A DNA stretch of 64,000 nucleotides from NCBI GenBank assembly GCA_951813565.1, contig OX638351.1:3840001-3904000 (forward strand), given 5' to 3'. The notes under the pieces were generated by a model. That model did no database searches, had not been told where the DNA came from, and saw only the letters and a list, made by a program, of their open reading frames with translations. The position numbers and the translations under genes were made by a program. Source of the stretch: an uncultured Poribacteria bacterium. GTDB lineage: Bacteria; Poribacteria; WGA-4E; WGA-3G. The number at the start of each line of letters is the position of its first letter. Position 1 is the stretch's first letter. Shown in pieces: positions 10,756 through 20,255 of the stretch.

Positions 10756-11815
10756 TAGCGTTTGCCTTAATAACGCAGAAAACTTCCTTTCCCTTACACA
10801 GTTGAAGTTGTTCACGCGCTTCATGTGTAATTTTTACCGAAAGATGATACCCTTCAACGTCGATAGACAGCAGCGTTTGGTTATCAACTGCATCAATTGT
10901 CCCCCGCAATATATTCCTTGCACTAATTGGCAGATTGGGCTCAAGCGAAATGATTATATCTTCTGCCCGAATGGCGACTGGCACTTCTTTTCCGATTTCC
11001 GTATCTACATAAGGAATAACAAGACGCTGAGATCCAATTTCTAATTCTGTTATGCCTCTATGCTTATCTGAATTTGCTACGGGTAAAGACAAGATATTTT
11101 CTACACCTGTCAAATTTGCAATCGGCAACGCGGAAGGAGCAGTTAGCAGTTGATGCGGTTCACCGCTTGCGGTAATCTTTCCGTCAGAGAGGAGAAAAGC
11201 CTCATCAGCGAGTGCCATTGCTTCTGATATGGCATGGGTAACATAGAGGATTGGTATCTCAAATGCGTTTTTAATGTGATGAAGATATGGAATAATGCGG
11301 TTTTTCAATCCACTGTCAAGTGAAGCAAGCGGTTCATCCATCAGTAGCAGACGCGGTTCCATCGCGAGTGCGCGTGCAATTGCCACCCGTTGACGTTGTC
11401 CTCCAGAGAGTTGGTTTGGATAGCGCTGAAGTAACTCAGAGATTTCGAGGATTTCGAGTAATTGGGAAATGCTGTCGGGATTGTTGCGCAAATTTCGTGG
11501 CTGTCCATAGCGGATGTTCTGTGCAACGGTAAGGTGTGGAAAGAGATATCCTTCTTGAAAAACATATCCAAAACGGCGCTTTTCTGGTAGCACATTGACT
11601 CTTGAATCGGAAGCGTAAAGTGCCTGATCTCCGAACACAATCTCACCTTCGTCTGGAGAAAGTATCCCAATAATACAGTTGAGCAGCGTGCTTTTCCCAC
11701 TGCCAGACGCACCCAAAAAAGCAGTAACTTTCTTTTCCAGTGTGCAATTGAGTTCTAACGTAAAATTACCAAGGGTTTTACGAAAGTCAAGTGTGATTTT
11801 GGTATAATCTGCCAC
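10730..11815 (-). CDS. modC: Molybdate ABC transporter ATP-binding protein
   Basis: GASGSGKS, LSGGQRQR, DEPLASLD, SARN + TOBE domain; downstream of modAB. Confidence 0.92.
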   Translation of the reverse strand: MADYTKITLDFRKTLGNFTLELNCTLEKKVTAFLGASGSGKSTLLNCIIGILSPDEGEIVFGDQALYASDSRVNVLPEKRRFGYVFQEGYLFPHLTVAQNIRYGQPRNLRNNPDSISQLLEILEISELLQRYPNQLSGGQRQRVAIARALAMEPRLLLMDEPLASLDSGLKNRIIPYLHHIKNAFEIPILYVTHAISEAMALADEAFLLSDGKITASGEPHQLLTAPSALPIANLTGVENILSLPVANSDKHRGITELEIGSQRLVIPYVDTEIGKEVPVAIRAEDIIISLEPNLPISARNILRGTIDAVDNQTLLSIDVEGYHLSVKITHEAREQLQLCKGKEVFCVIKANAINLLWHDS

Positions 11816-11884
11816 TGTGTTTCCAATACTCTGTTGAGCCGTTTAGACAAATACCGTCGGTTGGATAGAACAACGTGAAACCCA

Positions 11885-12004
11885 TAACTGTCAATTTAAG
11901 GATATATCCTCTTGTGGGAGTGAATCAACGCAGCATGCGCGTGTGGCATTCATCGGGGTTGGAAACTCCTCCCACAAGAAGGTGTATCCTAAAGTTGACA
12001 CCTA
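11885..12004. mobile_element. TIR MITE (family C, copy 1) inside a REP hairpin between modB and modC
   Basis: Ends taactgtcaatttaaggata / tatcctaaagttgacaccta; closely similar ends at 19886-20177. Confidence 0.7.
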
Positions 12005-12244
12005 TGGGTAAAGCGAAGCGAAACCCAACAATTCAACCGTCTTGAGAGTCCTAAAGAGTTGGGTTTCACTTATTTTTCAGAAAGTAGACCTCAAATGGGC
12101 CAACAACCTCTCTTTAGAGGCTGTTTTTTATTGCCCATTTTCGTTCTACCCCACCGAATGCCATAGGCGCATTCGGTGTTGATTCCCTACGGGATTTATC
12201 AAACTCACGTTTTATTAGGTAAATTCAGTATTGATAACCGAGAA

Positions 12245-12916
12245 CTAATCCTGTCTAAGGGTGATACGTTCCGTTAACCAGATAGAAATAAATGCGACAA
12301 TTGTTGAAATAAACACCAACCGATAAACCGTGATATCTTGTCCAAGTTGGACTGCATGATAAATACTCAATGCCAATGTCTGTGTTTCACCAGGGATATT
12401 ACCTGCAACCATGAAGGTTGCCCCAAACTCGCCAAGGCTTTTCGAAAAACCGAGAATTGTTCCACCAATAATACCGCGTGATGCAAGCGGCAATGTTATC
12501 GTCCAGAACACTTTGATTGGTGATGCGCCAAGCGTACGTGCTGTGTTTTCAAGTTCGGACGGTACAGACTCCATTCCTGTTATAATACCGCGTACTAATA
12601 AAGGAAAGGAGATAATAGAAACAGCAATTACAACAGCAAATGGTGAAAAAACAAGTTCTAAATTGAAAACGTCAAATAAAAATCCTCCAACAAGTCCATG
12701 TTTACTCAAGAGAATTAAGAGCAAATACCCACTTACCACAGGTGGCAGAACCAACGGTAACATGACGAATGTATTCAGGAGAGATTTCCCCGGAAAATCC
12801 CGTTTTGCCAGAAGCCAACCCACCAGCAGTCCCGGTGGAAACATCACAATGAGACTCAACAACGCTACTTTTATAGATAAAATGAGAGCGGTAATTTCTG
12901 CTGGGGTTATCCTCAT
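12245..12916 (-). CDS. modB: Molybdate ABC transporter permease
   Basis: LPLVLPPVVSG, LGEFGAT..AGNIPG. Confidence 0.95.
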   Translation of the reverse strand: MRITPAEITALILSIKVALLSLIVMFPPGLLVGWLLAKRDFPGKSLLNTFVMLPLVLPPVVSGYLLLILLSKHGLVGGFLFDVFNLELVFSPFAVVIAVSIISFPLLVRGIITGMESVPSELENTARTLGASPIKVFWTITLPLASRGIIGGTILGFSKSLGEFGATFMVAGNIPGETQTLALSIYHAVQLGQDITVYRLVFISTIVAFISIWLTERITLRQD

Positions 12917-12937
12917 TGCAATGTCGCAGGCACATTT

Positions 12938-13729
12938 CTACTGTGTTGAATCAGATGTTAAACAGGTAAATCCATGTTTTTCGAAAATTTCAGTGGCACG
13001 CGGGGTTTTCAGATATGGAATAAATTGTTGTGCTAACTGTTTTCGGTTGCTACCTTTTAAAACAACAGCAGGATAGACTATTAGAGTATGGGTTTTATCA
13101 GGAAATTCATAAAGTATTTTGACATTTTTACTCAGTTTTACGTCTGTTTGATAGACAATCGCAACGTCAACATTTCCAGCACTGACATAAGCAAGTGTCG
13201 CTCGGACATCTGTCCCGAAGACTAACTTAGGGAGGACCTTCCCCCATAAACCGAGATGTGTCAAAGCCTCTTTTGCGTAAGTGCCAGCGGGCACAATTTC
13301 GGGCTGTCCAATAGCAATTCTTGAAACAGCGCCATCGGCAAGCTTATCAACAGTTTCCACAGATATAACGGAGTTTTTATGAGAAACAAGGACTAACCGA
13401 TTTGATAGCACATCGTAGCGACTACCAGTTTCAATCATATCGTGGGTTTCAAGGGCAGTAACCTGTTGCGGACTTGCTGAAATGAAAACATCTACCGATG
13501 CCCCTTTTTCTATTTGACGTTGCAATGTTGAAGAAGCCGCAAAATTATAGCTAACCTTAATACCGTGCTTTACAGTAAACTGGTCACCAATTTCAGTCAA
13601 AGCATCTGTCAAACTCATCGCACCAAAAACTCTTAGTTCAGGATGTTTTTGCGTATTTCCACACCCTATAAGTGCAGCAAATATCAGCATAGACGCAATA
13701 AAAGTGAAAATTTTCACGTTTTGGTGCAT
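12938..13729 (-). CDS. modA: Molybdate ABC transporter substrate-binding lipoprotein
   Basis: AMSL, FAASSTL..QIE.GA..DVFISA, VPAG.YA. Confidence 0.95.
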   Translation of the reverse strand: MHQNVKIFTFIASMLIFAALIGCGNTQKHPELRVFGAMSLTDALTEIGDQFTVKHGIKVSYNFAASSTLQRQIEKGASVDVFISASPQQVTALETHDMIETGSRYDVLSNRLVLVSHKNSVISVETVDKLADGAVSRIAIGQPEIVPAGTYAKEALTHLGLWGKVLPKLVFGTDVRATLAYVSAGNVDVAIVYQTDVKLSKNVKILYEFPDKTHTLIVYPAVVLKGSNRKQLAQQFIPYLKTPRATEIFEKHGFTCLTSDSTQ

Positions 13730-13884
13730 AGTAATTCATCATAAATCGTGGTTAAGGCGAAAAGATTATAACAAACATTTCAAGTAATGTCAATTCCTTG
13801 AAAACAACAAGGGTGTGTAAATATTTCAAAAAATTGTCCGATTTTCTCAAAATTCCACTAAAATACATTTTTTTCAATTTGTAC

Positions 13885-13913
13885 TTGACTTTTTTAGCAG
13901 TTTTTTGTATAAT
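13885..13913 (+). promoter_or_regulatory. Sigma70-type promoter
   Basis: TTGACT-17 bp-TATAAT. Confidence 0.75.
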
Positions 13914-13920
13914 ACTTATA

Positions 13921-14100
13921 ACGTCCAAAACGGTATTAACAGCATGGGTATCCTTCATCTAATATTATATTAGTTGATACTGGTTTGGACGCCGGGGGAT
14001 GCCCTAACCTTTTTTAAACAGACAGAGGGATCACCGGCGCACCAGCCAACACACAGAGGAAACCCATAAACAAGTAAAACGCCACGCGAGCGTGTGGCAC
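13921..14100 (+). ncRNA. Candidate structured 5' leader RNA (cis-regulatory)
   Basis: ~19-bp stem cgtccaaaacggtattaac/gttgatactggtttggacg; gccgg/ccggc stem; possible pseudoknot atgggtatcct/aggaaacccat; hairpin gccacgc-gagc-gtgtggc before the RBS. Confidence 0.5.
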
Positions 14101-14118
14101 AACAACAGGAGGTATAAA

Positions 14119-14865
14119 ATGACTATAGGATTTTATACCAAATGGATTATCGGTGGCTTCCTGCTACTGATAATAATTGCTGGTGCGTGTTATCTATGGT
14201 ATCAACATGACACGGCACCATATAAACAAGAGGCAGCCGAAACTGCCGAAGTTGCCCGCGAATGGGAAGCAACCCAAAAAGCGGACACCAGCAAGGTGGA
14301 ACAGGCAGCCGATGTCTCTGCGGAAAGCAAAATGCCAACCGCAGATAAACTTGTAAACCCAATAACTGGTGCAGCGCCAGAAACAGATACGCGCACGAAA
14401 AACCCTCAAGATGTTCCGATGTCCACAGAGGAAACAGAAAAAGTATCACCTCACGACTTCTTACCATATCCAAAAGTGCCTGACGATTATCCGCTAAATC
14501 CACCGATTTGGATAAGAAATCCTGATATGATCGGGGTGCCAGCTCATGCAGCAGGACCCCTTGAACTCTTAGATATGGTGTTAGTAAAGTTGTGGGTGCA
14601 AGGGCATAAGAACATAACAGGGGCAAGCACTGCCTACGGAAAAATTTATCCCCATTACAGAGATGTTATCTATGTGAAATATGAGGATGTTACGTTTCCA
14701 AATGGCACAGTGAAACGAAAAATTAGAAGGGTTTTAAGTGGTCCGGACTTAGAATACGGATCACGAGATATAATGACAGGCAAAGTGCCTGCACACATAA
14801 AAATTGTGGAATTTGATGATGCGGGAATTGACCCGTACACATTTTTAAAGGAGGATTCAAAATGA
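14119..14865 (+). CDS. Hypothetical membrane-anchored exported protein (lineage-specific family)
   Basis: AGGAGG RBS; N-terminal TM helix; motifs shared with 30168..31624. Confidence 0.75.
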   Translation: MTIGFYTKWIIGGFLLLIIIAGACYLWYQHDTAPYKQEAAETAEVAREWEATQKADTSKVEQAADVSAESKMPTADKLVNPITGAAPETDTRTKNPQDVPMSTEETEKVSPHDFLPYPKVPDDYPLNPPIWIRNPDMIGVPAHAAGPLELLDMVLVKLWVQGHKNITGASTAYGKIYPHYRDVIYVKYEDVTFPNGTVKRKIRRVLSGPDLEYGSRDIMTGKVPAHIKIVEFDDAGIDPYTFLKEDSK

Positions 14866-15410
14866 TCCGGAATATGTTGTGTCTTTTTATTTTAACTTTC
14901 TGCTTATTCGCCCTAACGTTTTCCACGGAGCCTTCCAACAGCGAAGGTGGATTGTCCGCAAGAGCAGAATTTGATGGATGGGTAACGTTATTCAATAACT
15001 TTCAAGAGTTCTATGATGGACATGATGTAAAAGTTGTCTTTAGGGCGACAGATGAATACGGAGGGTGGTACGATAGTTCTATCAGCGTTAGCATGAATGT
15101 AAATGGAACTAAGCTTACAGATAGTAATGGTTCCAATGATTATTATTCAAACGGTGTCGTAGTAATGGTAGATGCAGATGTTGATGCTGACTCTGTAGAC
15201 AACCCTCCTCCCAATATAGATTTACCTGGTAGCGGCTCTGTATGGGGAAGAATTTTTGGGTCTACGATCGAAGATCCGAATTCCAAAGAAGTATATGTTG
15301 ACGAAACGAAATGGCTTCAAGACAGCTCAGATATAACACCTAACTGTGGCGCATGCACAGATGCAAATGCAAATTGTGTCAATGCGAATAATAGGCATTT
15401 TGGTCCCTAA
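14862..15410 (+). CDS. Hypothetical secreted protein with C-terminal Cys motif
   Basis: Signal peptide; ATGA overlap with the upstream gene; CGAC...C. Confidence 0.7.
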   Translation: MIRNMLCLFILTFCLFALTFSTEPSNSEGGLSARAEFDGWVTLFNNFQEFYDGHDVKVVFRATDEYGGWYDSSISVSMNVNGTKLTDSNGSNDYYSNGVVVMVDADVDADSVDNPPPNIDLPGSGSVWGRIFGSTIEDPNSKEVYVDETKWLQDSSDITPNCGACTDANANCVNANNRHFGP

Positions 15411-15434
15411 ATAACTTTAGAAGTTTCTCACTAC

Positions 15435-15471
15435 ACAGGCAGGTATCTTTTTGGATATCTGCCTGTTTTTT
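15435..15471 (+). terminator. Rho-independent terminator
   Basis: acaggcaggtatc-loop-gatatctgcctgt followed by a T-tract. Confidence 0.8.
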
Positions 15472-15724
15472 ACATACCTTTTGTAAAGACCATCAGATTC
15501 CCCGTAGGTGTGTTCTTGTGATGCCCTATAAACCCTCACTTGCATGCAACACAATTTTAGACAAACCACTGTCAGACCAATAAAGATATATCAGGGTTGG
15601 AATCTTTCCTACAACAGAAGCCGGTTAATAACAAGGTTTTACACACCCACAATCAACTTTCCTTGCAATCTGACATTAATTATGGTATCCTATCTATATA
15701 AAATACACAAATGGGGATAAAACA

Positions 15725-16531
15725 ATGAAATTAGGTTTATGCTCCATCGCTTTTCAAGATAAACCGTTGGAAGAGGTCATTGATATCGCAGCAGATTACG
15801 GGTTTGATGGCGTTGAAGTTTGGGGCAAGCCGCCGCACATGCCAGCGGAATACGATGAAACACATGTTAAAAACATTCGGAATTTGGCACAACAAAAAAG
15901 ATTGGAGATTTCTGCTTTTGGGTCCTACGTTGATCCTTTGATGCATTTTCACCAAAAATATTTAGAGGAAGCGTTTAAAATTGCGCATGCACTCGGCACC
16001 GATCTGATTAGAATCTGGTCAGGTGGAGGCCCCTCAAAATCCATTGCTCCCGCTGATAAACGGCTTATCCTTTTTCGGTTGGTCACTTTAGCGCAGTGGG
16101 CAAATTTCCGAAGTATTAAATTGGGCATGGAGATGCACAATAACCATCTGACTGACACTGTTGATAGTATCTTAGAGATAATTGAGAGTACCAATCAACC
16201 CTCTCTAAAAACTTACTATCAGCCACTTGCTCGGTTTGATGCTGATGAACCTCATACTGCTGCACAAAAGCTTGCGCCTCATGTTGTCAACGTGCATGCA
16301 CAGAATTTCGATGAAAATGGAAAAGCATGTGCAATCGCGGAGGGTGTTGTTGACTATAGTAGGGTAGTTGAGACTCTGAATGGTGCTGGTTATGATGGCT
16401 ACATTCAGGTAGAATTTGTACACGGCGACAACAAATTAGAGGCATTACAACGTGACAGAGACTACCTCGCAAGTTTGACGACTCCTTTAGCCGAGAGTTC
16501 CTTGAAAGATTTAGAGACTGAATCTGTTTAG
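15725..16531 (+). CDS. Sugar phosphate isomerase/epimerase (xylose isomerase-like TIM barrel)
   Basis: GFDGVEVW, EMH, HAQN, GYDGYIQVE. Confidence 0.85.
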   Translation: MKLGLCSIAFQDKPLEEVIDIAADYGFDGVEVWGKPPHMPAEYDETHVKNIRNLAQQKRLEISAFGSYVDPLMHFHQKYLEEAFKIAHALGTDLIRIWSGGGPSKSIAPADKRLILFRLVTLAQWANFRSIKLGMEMHNNHLTDTVDSILEIIESTNQPSLKTYYQPLARFDADEPHTAAQKLAPHVVNVHAQNFDENGKACAIAEGVVDYSRVVETLNGAGYDGYIQVEFVHGDNKLEALQRDRDYLASLTTPLAESSLKDLETESV

Positions 16532-16552
16532 ATAGATTCGGTTATTACGTGT

Positions 16553-17164
16553 ATGCGGTTAGAAGTCGGTATTATCGCACTTGTGGAAGAGGCTTTGGGG
16601 GCTACAGCAGAAAAGCGCGCGCAGTTTGAATGGCTTCGTAACAAACCGTGTCGAGAGCATTTTGGCGATTATTACGACATTCTAATGGAACTCTACAATG
16701 AACTTGGGGGAGATTGGGAGGGAACATCAGCAAAAACAGATGGATTCCTGACACCAGATGCCTATTTTCCAGAACCCTACCACTTTATTTTTGAGTTTGA
16801 TGAGCTGCAGCACTTTACCCGGTTCCGAGAACAGACACTTAGGTTTTATCCTGAGGACATACCACTTGCTTATGCACCAGAGAAATACCTAAAGTTTTGT
16901 CACCAATATCACGCTGCAGCACTTGCAAAGGGTCCTGAGCGATTTCGGCGGCGGACTGCTGATTTTCCTTATGTCAACGGACGCGCAGCGCAACGCGCTT
17001 TTTTTGATACTTTTCGGGATTGGCTACCACCACAACATGGACTTAATCCAACAGTGAGACTCGCGGAATTTGAGGTTACACCTATCTTGAATGGAGAATT
17101 AACAGGAGACGCCGCGAAAACCTACATCAAACGACTAATTTCTGAACGACTCGTAACTTCCTGA
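16553..17164 (+). CDS. Hypothetical protein with restriction-endonuclease-like (PD...ExDE.QHF) motif
   Basis: LTPDAYF..FEFDELQHF. Confidence 0.55.
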   Translation: MRLEVGIIALVEEALGATAEKRAQFEWLRNKPCREHFGDYYDILMELYNELGGDWEGTSAKTDGFLTPDAYFPEPYHFIFEFDELQHFTRFREQTLRFYPEDIPLAYAPEKYLKFCHQYHAAALAKGPERFRRRTADFPYVNGRAAQRAFFDTFRDWLPPQHGLNPTVRLAEFEVTPILNGELTGDAAKTYIKRLISERLVTS

Positions 17165-17207
17165 TAGCGAGTTGGAAGAATGGAAAAGGTAGGGCACATA
17201 ACGCTAC

Positions 17208-18137
17208 ATGAGCAACCGAACCGGTTCAACAGTGGATTTATCAGACTATCCGCTACTTCAACTGATTGGACAAACCCCCCTCGCCAAAATTGATATTTTT
17301 GCTGATGAATTGCCGAATGTAGAGATCTACGCGAAAATGGAGACTTACAACCCCGGTGGTTCTATTAAAGACCGGCCTGTTTTACGCATGCTGACTGAGG
17401 CAATTGCTTCGGGAGAACTGACACGCGAAAAAGTTATATTAGATTCCAGTTCAGGCAATGCGGGGATCGCTTACGCAATGATTGGCGCTACTCTCGGATA
17501 TAAAGTTGAACTCGTGATCCCGGACAATGCCACCGAAGAACGGAAAAAACGTATCAGTTCACACGGCGCTCAGATTATCTATACCGATGCAATCCTTGGC
17601 TATGATGAAGCGTTACGAGAAGTTGATCGAAGATATGAAGCAAAACCGGATAAGTATTTTTTCAAATCCCAATACGAAAATGAAAATAATTGGCGTGCAC
17701 ATTATGATACGACAGGTGTGGAAATCTGGGAGCAGATAGATGGAAAACTAACGCATTTTGTTGCAGGTGTAGGAACAGGCGGCACTATCACAGGCGTAGG
17801 GCGACGGCTCAAAGATTACAATCCTGATGTCCAAGTATGTTCTATTGCGCCAGAGAGGTTCCCCGGAATTGAAGGGTTAAAACCGCTCGGTGATCCTGAT
17901 GATATTGTCCCGGAAATTCTTGATGAGACTGTGATTGATTACCGAATTCCTACCTCAATTGAAAACGCACACGAAATGTGCAGCCGTCTTGCACGACAAG
18001 GTTGGTTTGTTGGAACATCATCTGGCGGATACCTATACGGCGCATACAAACTTGCACAACAGATACAAGAAGGCGTTATCGTCACAGTGTTTAATGACCT
18101 CGGCGAAAGGTACTTTAGTATGAGGTTGTGGGATTGA
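17208..18137 (+). CDS. cysM: Cysteine synthase family (PLP-dependent)
   Basis: NPGGSIKDR, SSGNAG, GTGGT. Confidence 0.85.
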   Translation: MSNRTGSTVDLSDYPLLQLIGQTPLAKIDIFADELPNVEIYAKMETYNPGGSIKDRPVLRMLTEAIASGELTREKVILDSSSGNAGIAYAMIGATLGYKVELVIPDNATEERKKRISSHGAQIIYTDAILGYDEALREVDRRYEAKPDKYFFKSQYENENNWRAHYDTTGVEIWEQIDGKLTHFVAGVGTGGTITGVGRRLKDYNPDVQVCSIAPERFPGIEGLKPLGDPDDIVPEILDETVIDYRIPTSIENAHEMCSRLARQGWFVGTSSGGYLYGAYKLAQQIQEGVIVTVFNDLGERYFSMRLWD

Positions 18138-18180
18138 CGAATCTTTAGATCAAAGATCCTAAACCATATAGTGAAACTAA

Positions 18181-18299
18181 AATTACTTGGACAGTTTTCT
18201 ATAGGTTTGATGTGTTTGTAGTCGCGCAATTCATTGCGCCTCTTACATGTACTGGTAGGCGTGCTTTGTAAGCGGGCAGTCAACAGTGTCCAAGTAATT
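18181..18299. mobile_element. Short TIR MITE containing GTAG REP hairpins
   Basis: Perfect 13-bp TIR aattacttggaca/tgtccaagtaatt; internal gtagtcgcgcaattcattgcgc. Confidence 0.6.
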
Positions 18300-18328
18300 A
18301 AATGCCTTAATATCAAAATAGGAGTTCT

Positions 18329-19591
18329 ATGGATACGACAGTTATTCCGTTTAGCGGCTTACGCTACAATTTAGGTAAGGTCGGAGAAATCGCTGATGTT
18401 ATCGCACCACCTTACGATGTTATCAAACCTACAGAACGAATTGATTTGGAAAAGCGGCATCCCGCCAATATCATCCACTTAATTTTGAGCCAACCACGAG
18501 ACGATGACACTGAAAACGATAATCAATACACACGTGCAGCCGCACTGATGAACCAATGGATTTCTGACCAAACTCTCGTCCGAGATACAACTCCCCGTTA
18601 TTATATCTACGACCAATCATTTCATGCTCCCGATGGAAAGCACTATACACGCCGCGCTTTAATTGCCCTTGTCAAACTTGAACCCTTTGAAAATAAGGTT
18701 ATCCTACCCCACGAAAAGACACATGCAGGACCAAAGATTGACCGCCTCAATCTTATGCGGACATGTCATGCCAATCTCAGTCCGATATTTCTGCTGTATC
18801 AAGATCAAAAAGGTGATATTGAACAGGTTATGCAGGGTTTCACTGATGAAAACGTGCCTCAGATAGATTGCGCGGAAATTTTTGGCAGTACGCATCAATT
18901 GTGGTGTTTAGATAATCCTGAATCCAATCGCGAAATTCAGAAACATTTTTCATCAAAACCGCTTCTGATTGCGGATGGACATCATAGATATGAAACTGCT
19001 CTTGCGTTTCAAAATGAAATGTCTCGGCAAAGAGGTATAAACACATCACTTGGATACGACTATATGATGGTAAACCTTGTTCGGATGGAATCACCCGGAT
19101 TAGCAGTTTTAGCAATTCACCGCTTACTTAGCAATCTCACGACTGAACAGATAAATCATGCTATTGCTGGATTGCCTGAAGTGTTTGCGGTACACGAAAT
19201 TGATTCGCATTCAAATCTTATGGCAAAGTTGGAGACATTTAAGGGAAAATCTCATGCGGTTGGCATGTCCACGCCTGACAATAAATATCGTTTGTTAATT
19301 CCGCATTCACCATCTGCCGGACAATTAGATGTTACCCTTGTTCAAGAGACTATTATCAATAAGTTGTTTAAGGTTGAAACATTAGCAGACCATATCAGTT
19401 ATACCGCTTACGCCGATGATGCTGTTGCTCATGTGAAAGAGGGCTCCGATCGCGTTGCATTATTGATGAATCCTACACCCGTTGAGCAGGTTTTGGATGT
19501 GGCAATGGCAGGATCGGTGATGCCACAGAAATCAACTTATTTCTATCCGAAAATGGCGACGGGATTTGTTTTGAATTTGTTGAACAGATAA
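18329..19591 (+). CDS. DUF1015 family protein
   Basis: APPYDVI, PHEKT, IADGHHRYETA, MPQKSTYFYPK. Confidence 0.9.
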   Translation: MDTTVIPFSGLRYNLGKVGEIADVIAPPYDVIKPTERIDLEKRHPANIIHLILSQPRDDDTENDNQYTRAAALMNQWISDQTLVRDTTPRYYIYDQSFHAPDGKHYTRRALIALVKLEPFENKVILPHEKTHAGPKIDRLNLMRTCHANLSPIFLLYQDQKGDIEQVMQGFTDENVPQIDCAEIFGSTHQLWCLDNPESNREIQKHFSSKPLLIADGHHRYETALAFQNEMSRQRGINTSLGYDYMMVNLVRMESPGLAVLAIHRLLSNLTTEQINHAIAGLPEVFAVHEIDSHSNLMAKLETFKGKSHAVGMSTPDNKYRLLIPHSPSAGQLDVTLVQETIINKLFKVETLADHISYTAYADDAVAHVKEGSDRVALLMNPTPVEQVLDVAMAGSVMPQKSTYFYPKMATGFVLNLLNR

Positions 19592-19655
19592 TCAGAACAA
19601 TATTGTGGTAAGTGCATTTTGTTAGCATGCTGTTTAAATAATTCATGAATACTTA

Positions 19656-19846
19656 TACCATTTCTAAAAAATGAGACTTCATTATGAGATTATTGGTTCA
19701 AGCTGAGTTGAAGAATGTCCGAGGCGCCAAATGCCAAACGCGCATTTGGCGTTGATTTGGCAATGAATTGCGCTTGGTGAATGTGCGTCCGACATTCACA
19801 TTAAACGTGTTTTTTGTAAATGAAAGGCAATCAATTAGAAATGGTA
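19656..19846. mobile_element. TIR MITE (family D) with TTA duplication
   Basis: TIR taccatttctaa/ttagaaatggta flanked by tta on both sides. Confidence 0.65.
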
Positions 19847-19885
19847 TTATATTAAGCGTAGGTTGGGTAGAACGCAGTAAACCCA

Positions 19886-20177
19886 TAACTGTCAATTTAG
19901 TGTTTCATTACCCCCGGTAGGCGCGTTTTCTAAACGCGCCATCTATGCCGTCTTAGCTATGAGCTCAGCGCGTTTACATGAAGATTAATTTATTAATTCG
20001 GTAATTTTGGAGAAAGATCCAGTGCGGTTGGGAAACCGCACCTACCGGGCTTGGGAAAAATTAGAATTACCGAAATATTTTCTTAATCTTCATCAAAACG
20101 CGCCTACATTGTGGGTAGGATCGTTGGTTGTGCTTAATTGTGTAAAACCTTGAAATATATCCTTAAGTTGACACCTA
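19886..20177. mobile_element. TIR MITE (family C, copy 2) with ~22-bp flanking duplication; contains a REPIN and MITE B
   Basis: Ends taactgtcaattta/taagttgacaccta; tgggtagaacgcagt(g)aaaccca on both sides. Confidence 0.75.
19978..20093. mobile_element. 116-bp MITE (family B, copy 1) in a REP loop
   Basis: atgaagattaa...ttaatcttcat; 114/116 identical to 49402-49517. Confidence 0.85.
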
Positions 20178-20255
20178 TGGGTAGAACGCAGTGAAACCCA
20201 ACTTTGATAGCTAATGTAATATAATGCATATAGAAATAGGATAAAAAGTGAAAAA

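Noticed and set aside
13730..13900. Moco riboswitch or ModE box upstream of modA
   Set aside because: No motif I can recognise with confidence.
19650..20210. CRISPR array
   Set aside because: The repeats are inverted or nested palindromes, not regularly spaced direct repeats, and no cas genes are present.
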